A stretch of DNA of 42,038 nucleotides. It comes from Gammaproteobacteria bacterium. GTDB lineage: Bacteria; Pseudomonadota; Gammaproteobacteria; Magnimaribacterales; D2472. The notes under the pieces were generated by a model. It saw only the letters and a list, made by a program, of their open reading frames with translations, searched no databases and had not been told where the DNA came from. This document shows positions 1 through 9,548 of this stretch, piece after piece (positions within the stretch are counted from its first letter, which is position 1; each line of letters begins with the position of its first letter). The stretch lies in contig CBFHIO010000004.1 of assembly GCA_965656035.1 (NCBI GenBank), positions 1 to 42,038 of the forward strand, read 5' to 3'. The position numbers and the translations under genes are program-made.

Positions 1-141
<141 letters not shown>

Positions 142-170
142 TTATCTGTAAATGTTAATATTTTCTATCT

Positions 171-602
171 ATGATAACTCCAAGTATTAAAACAAACTTA
201 ATTCTTAAAGAGATGGGTATTACCAGGTATGAACTTCGTTCAAAGCAGCAATCAGTCCTCTCAAAAACAATTTTTAGTTACCAAAAAGGAAATATTTTAA
301 CATTACTTGAGCAATCATATGATGATTTAGGTGAAGATGAGGCAAAGCTTCTCAATGCCATTGTTGATGCAGTTAATTCTGTTAACAAAGATACAATTCA
401 AAATAAATTTAACCTTGAAGATGCAAAAAAAATTATTTTAGCTATGAAAGATATTAAAGGCATAATTAGTTTTATACCTGACATTGGAATCCTTGATCTA
501 TCAATACCCTTTGTTCAATCATCTTCACTCAACAAAATGATTTCTGATACAGAGTCAAAGAAGGTTTTATGGAAAAAGCTTAAAGAGATTATTTTAAAGT
601 AA
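171..602 (+). CDS. hypothetical protein, putative diverged DNA polymerase III psi (HolD)-like subunit
   Basis: 143 aa. N-terminal LKEMGITRYELR resembles the psi LxxxGIxxWxLR motif and C-terminal KKVLWKKL resembles KxxLWxxI. Lies 3 nt upstream of rimI, as in holD-rimI synteny. Confidence 0.55.
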   Translation: MITPSIKTNLILKEMGITRYELRSKQQSVLSKTIFSYQKGNILTLLEQSYDDLGEDEAKLLNAIVDAVNSVNKDTIQNKFNLEDAKKIILAMKDIKGIISFIPDIGILDLSIPFVQSSSLNKMISDTESKKVLWKKLKEIILK

Positions 603-605
603 TTT

Positions 606-1040
606 ATGTATAAGATTTCCTTGATGGGTTTAAATGATATAGAAGAAGCCTACAAGATAGAGCTTGAAGTTAATCCTAGCCCTTGGAAATATGAAACCTT
701 TTTATCATCTTTTGAGGTTGGTCATAAGGGTCTCATCTGCAAGAATGACAACAGAATGATTGGATTTATTATCTTTTCACCAATTAGCCCAGAAGCTCAC
801 ATATTAAGTATTTCAGTAAGAAATGAAATGCAATCAAAGGGTATTGGAACTTTGCTTCTTAAAAGCATGCTAGACCAATGCAAAGTCATGCACTATAAAA
901 AGATATTCCTTGAGGTGAGAGTAAGTAACGTAAAGGCTATTAATTTTTATGAAAAATTTGGTTTTAGCAAAGATGCTATTAGGAACAATTACTACACAGA
1001 CAATTCAGAAGACGCTTTGTTAATGTCGCTTTTAATTTAA
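606..1040 (+). CDS. rimI: ribosomal protein S18-alanine N-acetyltransferase (GNAT)
   Basis: Motifs SPW, EAHILSISV, QSKGIG (acetyl-CoA binding), LEVRVSN..AINFYEKFGF, R.NYY and EDALLM. Confidence 0.92.
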   Translation: MYKISLMGLNDIEEAYKIELEVNPSPWKYETFLSSFEVGHKGLICKNDNRMIGFIIFSPISPEAHILSISVRNEMQSKGIGTLLLKSMLDQCKVMHYKKIFLEVRVSNVKAINFYEKFGFSKDAIRNNYYTDNSEDALLMSLLI

Positions 1041-1522
1041 CCATTTCTTTTTTTTAACCACATAATTTGATTTGTTGTAATTATTAAATATGAGATAAAA
1101 AATGTTATGTAAAAGCTTATTAGAATTGGATGATCTACGTTTGAATCTATGACAATAGGATTATCCGGTGGAAATCTTCTTAAGACTTCTGTAATGCCAG
1201 GAACCATATGGAATAAAAACAAAGCTGAATAGCTTATGGTTTGAAAGTAGGGTGCAAGGAATCCAAAAAATAGACCCTTCTCATTAATATATCCAAATAT
1301 CACAGCTAAGAGTGTAACTATTGCTAATAAGTGCCCAACTCCAAAACCACGTTTATATATCAGTAGGGCAGTTACTGCAGCAATAATGGTTGTAACAACG
1401 AAAACTTTTGCTGAAAAATTTTTAGTTTCAATGATTGTATGCTTTTTTAAAGAATATGCTCCTGAGCCTATTGCTAAAATAGCTATTAGTGTATGAATCC
1501 AACCAATGAAGGATATATCCAT
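1037..1522 (-). CDS. integral membrane protein of unknown function (DUF2306-like), ~5 TM helices
   Basis: 161 aa and hydrophobic, with His at 10, 64 and 105 in or at TM segments. Starts 6 nt after the gpx stop. Confidence 0.6.
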   Translation of the reverse strand: MDISFIGWIHTLIAILAIGSGAYSLKKHTIIETKNFSAKVFVVTTIIAAVTALLIYKRGFGVGHLLAIVTLLAVIFGYINEKGLFFGFLAPYFQTISYSALFLFHMVPGITEVLRRFPPDNPIVIDSNVDHPILISFYITFFISYLIITTNQIMWLKKRNG

Positions 1523-1528
1523 TAATAA

Positions 1529-2011
1529 TTAGCTAAGAAGATTTTCAATATCTGATTCAATATCTTCAGGCTTAGTTGTTGGAGAATACCTCTTAATAAC
1601 CTTTCCATCCTTATTAACTAAGAATTTTGAAAAATTCCATTTGATATTTTTTGTGCCAAGCACACCAGGTTGCTCATTTTTAAGAAAATCATAAAAGGGG
1701 TCAGCATTTGGACCATTCACATCAATCTTGTCGAAAATTTTAAAACTCACATTATATTTTTCGGTACAGAAAAATTGAATTTCTTCATTGGTACCAGGCT
1801 CTTGACCTTTAAATTGGTTACAAGGAAACCCAAGGATTTCTAAACCATTAGAATTATATTTTTCATATAATTCTTGAAGGCCTTTATATTGTGGTGTAAG
1901 TCCGCATTGACTGGCAACATTAACAATCAAAAGAACTTTATCTTGATATTCACCAAGAGATACTTCATTTAAATCTGCATCTTTAACATTAAAGTCATAA
2001 ACTGTTTTCAT
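1529..2011 (-). CDS. gpx: glutathione peroxidase family protein (Cys-type, probably thioredoxin-dependent)
   Basis: Motifs VNVASQCGLTPQY, LGFPCNQF and KWNFSKFL, plus a candidate resolving Cys in FFCTEKY. Confidence 0.93.
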   Translation of the reverse strand: MKTVYDFNVKDADLNEVSLGEYQDKVLLIVNVASQCGLTPQYKGLQELYEKYNSNGLEILGFPCNQFKGQEPGTNEEIQFFCTEKYNVSFKIFDKIDVNGPNADPFYDFLKNEQPGVLGTKNIKWNFSKFLVNKDGKVIKRYSPTTKPEDIESDIENLLS

Positions 2012-2140
2012 TTTTGGATTCCTTTGTTTTGATTAAAAAATATGATTTAAAAAAAACATGATTATATACAAAAAAGAGATACAAATCTTAAAATGACCTT
2101 ATCTTGAAGCATCTATATAATTATTTATTGACAATAAGTT

Positions 2141-2608
2141 ATGACGAACACTAAGGTTAAATATATTTGGAGAAGATTTGCTGAGCTATCTTCAGATGAG
2201 CTATATGCAATTATTCACTTGAGACAAAAAGTATTTATTGTTGAGCAAGACTGTCCGTACATAGATGCAGACTACACCGATCAAGATGCATTTCATTTAC
2301 TGGCATATAAAGATAATGATTTAATTGGGTATCTAAGAGCCTTTAGACCAGGCATCAAATACGATGGTTCCTCACTTGGCAGAATTGTCACAGAAATAAA
2401 TTCAAGAGGCCTTGGTATTGGCAAAGAAATCACAAAAGAAGGGGTAAACTTTTTATCAAAAGAACATCCTAATCATGAAATTGTTATTTCAGCACAACAT
2501 AGGCTAGAGCATTTTTATGTTGAACTTGGATTTACAGCTAGAGGTGAGGTTTATCTAGAAGATGACATTGATCATATCCAAATGTACTTTCCTCCAAAAC
2601 AAAATTAG
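2141..2608 (+). CDS. elaA: ElaA-family GNAT acetyltransferase
   Basis: Motifs LY.I..LRQKVFIVEQDCPY.DAD, SLGRIV, RGLGIG, ISAQ..L..FY..LGF and YLEDDIDHIQM. Confidence 0.88.
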   Translation: MTNTKVKYIWRRFAELSSDELYAIIHLRQKVFIVEQDCPYIDADYTDQDAFHLLAYKDNDLIGYLRAFRPGIKYDGSSLGRIVTEINSRGLGIGKEITKEGVNFLSKEHPNHEIVISAQHRLEHFYVELGFTARGEVYLEDDIDHIQMYFPPKQN

Positions 2609-3546
2609 ATCTTGTTTTTATCTAGCTTACTTAATATCTCGTCATATACAGAAGATGAAAACTTGAAATCATCTATAAAACCACAATGACCACCGTATTG
2701 TTGAGGTTTAAATTTTACATAATCAGTTTGATTCAGCTTAAGCAGAGGTTCAATAGGTATACAAGGATCATCAATAGATGAATAAATGAGTGTCTTATGT
2801 TTTATCTGATTTAAAGTATTCTGTGTTATTGCATATCCAGAAAAAAGCTCCTCAATACTTTCATGTGGAGAGAAATTTTTTGTAAAAAATTCAGTCATTT
2901 CCATTAGATTTTTACATTTCAAAGCTTTTTCTAAATTAGCAATTGTATGAAATTCAATTTTTCTTTTTAAAGATTTATGCCATTTATTTATGAAATACTT
3001 TCTTACAATCCATGAGGCATTATCCATAGTTTGCATTGATATTTGAGGATCAATTACTGGGGATAGAACAACAGTACTTTTCAAAAAATCAATTGAATCA
3101 GAAGCTGATATCCTTAATGAGAGATTACCACCAAGAGAAAAACCAACTAAGTGTATCTCGTTGTCTTTATATTTATTACCAATAAACTCTACTGCTTCAA
3201 TAAGTGTTTGAATATCAGTAGCTCTAAAAAAATCTTTATTTAAATTCTCGGTATCACCATGATCAACTGGATGGATTCTTATAATATCAAAATTATTAGT
3301 ATGCAAAAGATGAGCCAATGGAATTAAATATTTAGAATCTTTGTGACCCAACCAACCTGGAAAAAATATTACTTTCCTTTTATGTAAATCTGTTTCAAAA
3401 ATTTCAATTGACTGAGAATTGGAAGATGTAAAAATCCTCTTTGAAGATTTTGTATTAAGTTCTTTGCGTATGGTTTTTTGTTGTTTTTCTCTTAAAGGGC
3501 TTGATGCCAAAAGGGTATTAAATAAACCATTCTTAAGTAAGTTCAT
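2605..3546 (-). CDS. alpha/beta-fold hydrolase (YheT-like)
   Basis: Nucleophile elbow GFSLGGN, acid residue in DDPCIP, catalytic His in GGHCGF. Confidence 0.85.
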   Translation of the reverse strand: MNLLKNGLFNTLLASSPLREKQQKTIRKELNTKSSKRIFTSSNSQSIEIFETDLHKRKVIFFPGWLGHKDSKYLIPLAHLLHTNNFDIIRIHPVDHGDTENLNKDFFRATDIQTLIEAVEFIGNKYKDNEIHLVGFSLGGNLSLRISASDSIDFLKSTVVLSPVIDPQISMQTMDNASWIVRKYFINKWHKSLKRKIEFHTIANLEKALKCKNLMEMTEFFTKNFSPHESIEELFSGYAITQNTLNQIKHKTLIYSSIDDPCIPIEPLLKLNQTDYVKFKPQQYGGHCGFIDDFKFSSSVYDEILSKLDKNKI

Positions 3547-3552
3547 TATTAT

Positions 3553-5769
3553 TTAAATAATAGAACTATCAAATAATAAACTATGAATTTCCTCAGTTAT
3601 AAATGGAGCGAAAGGATGCATCATAACTAGTATTTCTTTTAAAAGAGGTCTTAGATTATTTGTCTCTCCGCTTTTTTTACATTCTTCAATGTAAACATCA
3701 CAGAACTTACTCCAGAAAAACTCATAAACTTCGTTGATAGCATAGTCTAATCTGTAATCTTTAATATTTCTCTCGATCTGTTTTTTTGATTTTTCAAATT
3801 CTTCGTATATCCACTCATCAGTTTTATTTGAAGATTGAAATGAATCATTTCCAGCTGGATAACCATTGATAAATCTTGCTGCATTCCAGACTTTAGTGCA
3901 AAAGTTTCTATATCCTTTAAGTCTGCCCATTTCAAAGCTTATGTCTTTGGTATGTGTTGCTAGTGAATAAAATGTCATTCTTAAAGCATCTGTTCCGTAT
4001 GAATCAATACCTTTTGGAAATTGATTTCTTGTTTTTCTTTCAATCTTTTGCGCAATACCTTCTTGCATGAGATTTGAAGTTCTTTTTTCAACTAAATCGT
4101 CTTGAGAAATTCCATATATTAAGTCAAGAGGGTCAATTACATTACCTTTAGATTTCGACATCTTTTGTCCATTTTCATCTCTTATAAGACCTGTAACATA
4201 AACATCTTTAAATGGAATTTGGTCAGTAAACTCAAGGCTCATCATCATCATTCTGGCAACCCAAAAAAATATAATATCAAACCCAGTAACCAGCAAAGAG
4301 GTTGGAAAATGTTTTTCAAAATCTTCAGTTTTTTCTGGCCACCCCAAAGATGCAAAAGGCCATAAACTTGCAGAAAACCAGGTATCTAGAACGTCTTCAT
4401 CTTGTGAAAGTTTTCTATCATCAAGTTTATAAAATTGTCTGACCTCGTCTTCACTATGACCAACGTAAACATTATTTTCTGAGTCATACCATGCTGGAAT
4501 TCTATGACCCCACCATATTTGCCTGCTGATGCACCAGTCCTCAATATTATTCATCCAATTAAAATATGTTTTAACCCAATTGCTAGGATGAAATTTTATA
4601 TCTCCCTTATTAACAGCCTCATTAGCTCTTGCAGCCATTTCCTCAGTTTTTACATACCATTGATGACTCAACCTAGGCTCAATAACAATATTAGATCTTT
4701 CGCCTCTGGGTACGCTTATGTGATGTTTTTCTTCTTTTTCCAAAAGATTGAGTTCTTTAAGCTTCTCTAATACAGCCTTTCTAACTTTGAAACGATCGAG
4801 ATTTGAAAATGGCTCAGGTACATTTTCATTTGACCATGCATCTTCATTAAAAATATTGATGGGTTCAAAGTCACTTGCGGTATTTGAAGTCTTTACCTGA
4901 CCATCTACCTCATGAAGTGAATATTTTTTACCTATTTCATAGTCATTAAAATCGTGGCCCGGAGTAATTTTCAGACAGCCGGTTCCAAATTCCATATCAA
5001 CATACTCATCTGCTAATATCGGTATCTTTCTTCCAACAAAGGGTAGAACAATATTTTTACCAATAAGATTTTTATACCTATCATCATTTGGATTTACAGC
5101 AACAGCCATATCTCCAAACATAGTTTCAGGTCTTGTTGTTGCTACTATTACGTACTCTTCTGAATCTTCAATTGGATATTTGATATGCCAAAGGAGGCCA
5201 TCTTTTTCCTGCCTTACTACCTCAAGATCGGAAACAGCAGTTTTAAGAGATGGATCCCAATTTACCAACCTGTAACCCCTATAGATTTTATTTTTTCTGT
5301 GCAACTCAACGAATGCTTTTATAACTGCTTCGTTACATCCATCGTCTAGGGTGAATCTATATTTATTCCAATCTACTGTGCATCCCAGTCTTTTAATTTG
5401 GGACATTATCTTTTCTTCTGAATAATTTTTCCATGACCAAACTTCATCAAGAAATTTCTCTCTTCCAAGTGTGTGTCTAGTTATGTCTTTTTTTGCAAGA
5501 TTATTTTCTACAACCATCTGAGTAGCTATGCCAGCATGATCAGCTCCAATTTGCCAGTGAGCATCTTTTCCAGCCATATGGTGATATCTTGTATAGAAAT
5601 CCATAATCGCATATTGGAAACTATGACCCATATGAAGGGTACCAGTGACATTTGGGGGCGGTATTACCTGAGAAAAAGAACCTTTTGAGTTTTTATTAGA
5701 AACAACTCTTTCAGACCAAATCTTGGACCATTTTTCTTCAATTTCTACAGGGTAATACTGTTTATCCAT
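3553..5769 (-). CDS. valS: valine--tRNA ligase (C-terminally shortened)
   Basis: Motifs PPPNVTGTLHMGH, ATTRPET, DWCISRQIWWGHRIP and KMSKS. 738 aa, ending just after HPFAPFITEEI. Confidence 0.96.
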   Translation of the reverse strand: MDKQYYPVEIEEKWSKIWSERVVSNKNSKGSFSQVIPPPNVTGTLHMGHSFQYAIMDFYTRYHHMAGKDAHWQIGADHAGIATQMVVENNLAKKDITRHTLGREKFLDEVWSWKNYSEEKIMSQIKRLGCTVDWNKYRFTLDDGCNEAVIKAFVELHRKNKIYRGYRLVNWDPSLKTAVSDLEVVRQEKDGLLWHIKYPIEDSEEYVIVATTRPETMFGDMAVAVNPNDDRYKNLIGKNIVLPFVGRKIPILADEYVDMEFGTGCLKITPGHDFNDYEIGKKYSLHEVDGQVKTSNTASDFEPINIFNEDAWSNENVPEPFSNLDRFKVRKAVLEKLKELNLLEKEEKHHISVPRGERSNIVIEPRLSHQWYVKTEEMAARANEAVNKGDIKFHPSNWVKTYFNWMNNIEDWCISRQIWWGHRIPAWYDSENNVYVGHSEDEVRQFYKLDDRKLSQDEDVLDTWFSASLWPFASLGWPEKTEDFEKHFPTSLLVTGFDIIFFWVARMMMMSLEFTDQIPFKDVYVTGLIRDENGQKMSKSKGNVIDPLDLIYGISQDDLVEKRTSNLMQEGIAQKIERKTRNQFPKGIDSYGTDALRMTFYSLATHTKDISFEMGRLKGYRNFCTKVWNAARFINGYPAGNDSFQSSNKTDEWIYEEFEKSKKQIERNIKDYRLDYAINEVYEFFWSKFCDVYIEECKKSGETNNLRPLLKEILVMMHPFAPFITEEIHSLLFDSSII

Positions 5770-5787
5770 CAGAAAGATTAATAAAAA

Positions 5788-7299
5788 TTACTTTAATTTC
5801 TTACTAAGCAGCAACTGACTTATAAGAGGTACCGGTCTTCCAGTTCCAGCTTTTACAGGACTGCTATAGGAAGCTGTAGCCGCAATATCAATATGCGCCC
5901 ACTTATAATTATTGGTAAATTTTGAAAGAAAAGCAGCAGCATGAATTGTTCCAGCTTCTCTTCCTCCACCAATATTAGCTAAATCTGCATATTTAGTTTT
6001 GGTACATGATTGATGTTCATCCCAAAGAGGAAGTTGCCATGCTCTATCGCCAGACTCTTCACCAGATTCAATGATTTTATCTGCTAGATACTGATCATTT
6101 GCCATAACTCCACTTGCATGCCTTCCAAGAGCAACTACAACAGCTCCAGTAAGCGTTGCCATATCTATAACATATGAAGGTTTGTATTTTTCAACATATG
6201 TTAAGCAGTCAGCGAGAATCAATCTTCCTTCAGCATCAGTATTAAGAATTTCAATCGTTTGACCGGACATTGAAGTTACAACATCACCAGGTTTTGTAGC
6301 TTTAGATGAGCACATGTTTTCAGCACAACCCATAACGCCAACTACGTTAACATCAGCATTTAATCTTGCGAGGGTAGACATCACCCCAAATACAGTTGCA
6401 GCTCCGCACATATCCCACTTCATTTCATCCATTGCAGGACTTGGCTTTATAGAAACGCCTCCAGTATCAAAGGTGACACCCTTGCCAACTAATGCAATTG
6501 GTTTATCAGTTGATTTACCACCCTTATATTCAATAACCATCATCCTAGCGGGTTCTTCACTACCCCTAGAAACACTTAAAAATGAGCCCATACCCATTTT
6601 TTGCATTTGTTGTTCATTAAAAGATTTAACTTTCAGCTTTGGAAAATCTTTTGTCATTGCTTTAACCTTTTTCTCAATTATTCTTGGAGTGCAGTGATTG
6701 GCCGGAAGATCTCCTAAATATTTTGCAGTATTAACACCCTCACCAATAGCGTATCCAACTTTTGCAGCTTGCTTTGCTTTTGTTAGTGAAGCACCAGCTA
6801 AGCCAGATGTAAGGATAGTCAATTTTTTTACACTAGGCTTTTTAGAAGTTTTATTTTTTGTTTCAGAAAAGATGTAAACATTTGACTCAATAGTTTTAGT
6901 AACCATCTCTATTAACCAAAGCTCATCCTTTCCTTTAGGCACGGTTGTTCCGGGCATAATTGATATATCATTGCACTTATATTTATTTCCTTTTTGTGCA
7001 ATCCCCTGATACATAGATAACCATTTATGAGTAGGAGTATCCGTATCAAGCCCTTTGACTAGTAGTATATTTTTGGCATTAATCCCGTCTATTTTTGGGA
7101 GCAAAATACTGCCTCCAGACTCTTCAAGATGTGATTGAATAGTTTTAGAAATAAAACTTTTTGATTTTTTATTTAGTTCTTTAAAAGAAACATCGTTTTT
7201 TGTATTTTTATTTATGATCAAAACAAGCATATCTGTTGCTAATGAAGATATGTTTGCTGCGTCTTTTACAAGAACATTATTTAAAACTTTATACGCCAT
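5788..7299 (-). CDS. pepA: leucyl aminopeptidase (M17)
   Basis: Motifs VGKGVTFDTGG, MKWDMCGAA and NTDAEGRLILAD. SD GGAG upstream; synteny with valS and lptFG. Confidence 0.95.
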   Translation of the reverse strand: MAYKVLNNVLVKDAANISSLATDMLVLIINKNTKNDVSFKELNKKSKSFISKTIQSHLEESGGSILLPKIDGINAKNILLVKGLDTDTPTHKWLSMYQGIAQKGNKYKCNDISIMPGTTVPKGKDELWLIEMVTKTIESNVYIFSETKNKTSKKPSVKKLTILTSGLAGASLTKAKQAAKVGYAIGEGVNTAKYLGDLPANHCTPRIIEKKVKAMTKDFPKLKVKSFNEQQMQKMGMGSFLSVSRGSEEPARMMVIEYKGGKSTDKPIALVGKGVTFDTGGVSIKPSPAMDEMKWDMCGAATVFGVMSTLARLNADVNVVGVMGCAENMCSSKATKPGDVVTSMSGQTIEILNTDAEGRLILADCLTYVEKYKPSYVIDMATLTGAVVVALGRHASGVMANDQYLADKIIESGEESGDRAWQLPLWDEHQSCTKTKYADLANIGGGREAGTIHAAAFLSKFTNNYKWAHIDIAATASYSSPVKAGTGRPVPLISQLLLSKKLK

Positions 7300-7344
7300 T
7301 TAGGTTCTCCTGTTATGGTATTTACTGATAAGATAAATATTGTA

Positions 7345-8499
7345 ATGCATCATAGTTCTCAAGGCATATATAAAAAAAATATTCTTTCAAAAAGTTTGAA
7401 TATAGAGGTCTTTAGGTCATCAACTGGTGCTCTATTAATTTTCTTTTTGCTTGTTGTAGGATCAAGGGTTGTCGGCTACTTTGAACAGGCTGCTGAAGGA
7501 AATATAGATCCTGGAATAATATTTAGTGTAATTGCTTTAAGATTTCCTGATTTTATAACATTATTAATTCCCTTATCTTTTTTTTTAGGACTTCTCATAA
7601 CAATTGGCAGACTAAATTCTGAGGGAGAAATTCATGGATACTTTTCAGCTGGGTTATCAAAATTTAATTTAATAAAATTTTTAGCGCCTCAAGCCTTTAT
7701 TTTTTTTATCATCACCCTTGTTTTAAGTTTATACCTAGCGCCCTATACAAAAAATCTCTCTAAAGATTTGATAGCAATAGACTCATTTGAAGAGCAAATT
7801 GATGCAATTCAATCTGATGATATAGTTTCACTAGATGATGGAGGATTCCTTTATGTTCAAACAGCAGATGAAGGATTAATAAAAGGAGTTAAGCTTTTTC
7901 AAGTTGATGAAAATAATTCATTTATTGTTATTTCTGATGAGCTAGTAACTACAGAGAAAGATAAAACCATTGAGTTAAATTTAAAAAATGGGTCTTTTTA
8001 TGGTGGCTTATTCTCAGAATCATCAAAAATTATTTCAAACTTTAATAAATTTAATTTTGAAATTGATAAAAACATGTCTCAAAACAATGATTTAAGTCTT
8101 GCTAAATTATTTGATTATTCTTCAACATCAGATTTAGCAACATTTCAGTGGAATATATCAATACCAATAACAATTTTAATTTTGTTACTTTATGGTATTT
8201 ATATCTCATCATCAAAACCTAGAGAGGGTAAATTTTCATTTATGCTTCCAGGAATGTTGATATATGTTTCTTATTTAAGCCTTTTAATACTTGGCAGAGA
8301 ATTCATATCTGATAACCCAGGCTCCATTTTTAACCTTTGGTTTATTCATGGTTTATTTATATTATTTTTATTTCTATATGTTTACAGAGAGAAAATTATT
8401 CTTGTAAGTTTTGCAAACTTGGCAATACATGAAAATGTCTATTTTAGATACTTCATAGGAATCATAATATTTAGTTTATTTATATGGATGGTGGCATGA
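7345..8499 (+). CDS. lptF: LPS export ABC transporter permease LptF
   Basis: LIPLSFFLGLLITIGRLNSEGE..AGLS motif and PREGKF loop. Divergent from pepA and followed by lptG. Start uncertain (ORF-track ATG 7315 or ATG 7345). Confidence 0.85.
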   Translation: MHHSSQGIYKKNILSKSLNIEVFRSSTGALLIFFLLVVGSRVVGYFEQAAEGNIDPGIIFSVIALRFPDFITLLIPLSFFLGLLITIGRLNSEGEIHGYFSAGLSKFNLIKFLAPQAFIFFIITLVLSLYLAPYTKNLSKDLIAIDSFEEQIDAIQSDDIVSLDDGGFLYVQTADEGLIKGVKLFQVDENNSFIVISDELVTTEKDKTIELNLKNGSFYGGLFSESSKIISNFNKFNFEIDKNMSQNNDLSLAKLFDYSSTSDLATFQWNISIPITILILLLYGIYISSSKPREGKFSFMLPGMLIYVSYLSLLILGREFISDNPGSIFNLWFIHGLFILFLFLYVYREKIILVSFANLAIHENVYFRYFIGIIIFSLFIWMVA

Positions 8500-9548
8500 T
8501 TAAAATTTTTCATGGCTATCTCATAAAAAGATCGTTTTTAATTTCCTCATTAATTTTTATATTATTTACCACATTAGATTTAGTTTTTAGCCTAATGTCT
8601 GAGCTTGAAAACTTATCTGAAGAATATAATTTTTCTAATGTCTTTTTGTATGTTTTAAGTAAATCTCCAAGCAATGCAATAGATTTCATAGAAGGTGCTT
8701 GTTTGCTTGGAGTCATGATTTCTTTGGGCATCTCACATCAAGAAGGTAACTTAAATGTCTTAAGGTCGAGTGGGGAATCACCATTAAAAATAGTATTAAT
8801 AAGCTCACTCGGCCCAACATTATTAATATTTTTATTTTTACCATCCAATGAGTTGTTTTTAAAAGATATTAGAGATAATGCAGAGATTAATAAAAATTTA
8901 ATTGTCCAATCATCAGAAAAAAATAGCCAAAATAATAATTGGATCAAGGATGGAAATTCTTTTTTAACATATTCTTATATGAAAGATTCTTTCATTTATA
9001 AGGTTAAATTTATTAAAACCAATGATGATAAAGTTCTTTATTTTAAAATGGCAGATTCAGCTGAAATCATTAAAAACCAAATAAAATTTGATGAAACAAT
9101 GCTATATCATTTTTTTGAGGGAACTAGCATAGAAAATAATTATGAAGAATTTACATTTCCTTTGATTGCAAAGATGCCATTTGCAAAGGTGGAAAATTTA
9201 AAAACTTCTGAAATAATTAATACTCAAAAATTTATTAATACCAGTTCAAAAAAAGAAGATATATTATTTACTGCACATTTAAAAAAATCTTTATATAAAA
9301 ATATATTTCAGCCGATATCTATCTTATGCTTAATCATTTTCTTTGGTTCCTTTATTTTCGGTTCGTTACGAGATGTCACGCCAGCATCAAGAATAGTTTT
9401 ATCAGTAGTGGGGGCCTTTATTTATAAAATCTTTCAAGACTTCACAATAAGTTTCTCAATAGCTACAAATCTATCGGTATTAATTGGTGTCATTGCCCCA
9501 GCTTTGCTTTTATTGATAATGAGCATATTTTCCTATAAGAGAATCTAA
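8496..9548 (+). CDS. lptG: LPS export ABC transporter permease LptG
   Basis: Motifs ACLLGVMISLG...EGNLNVLRSSG.S and FIFGSLR. ATG 8496 overlaps the lptF stop (ATGA). Confidence 0.85.
   Translation: MIKIFHGYLIKRSFLISSLIFILFTTLDLVFSLMSELENLSEEYNFSNVFLYVLSKSPSNAIDFIEGACLLGVMISLGISHQEGNLNVLRSSGESPLKIVLISSLGPTLLIFLFLPSNELFLKDIRDNAEINKNLIVQSSEKNSQNNNWIKDGNSFLTYSYMKDSFIYKVKFIKTNDDKVLYFKMADSAEIIKNQIKFDETMLYHFFEGTSIENNYEEFTFPLIAKMPFAKVENLKTSEIINTQKFINTSSKKEDILFTAHLKKSLYKNIFQPISILCLIIFFGSFIFGSLRDVTPASRIVLSVVGAFIYKIFQDFTISFSIATNLSVLIGVIAPALLLLIMSIFSYKRI

Noticed and set aside
1529-2011. Selenocysteine-containing glutathione peroxidase
   Set aside because: The active-site codon is TGC (Cys) and there is no in-frame TGA.
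2030-2063. Three TGATT copies upstream of gpx as an operator
   Set aside because: Short, irregularly spaced (13 and 16 nt) and in near-pure AT sequence, so expected by chance.
2605-3552. Frameshifted continuation of valS
   Set aside because: The downstream sequence encodes an intact alpha/beta hydrolase (GFSLGG, GGHCGF) with its own ATG 7 nt after the valS stop.
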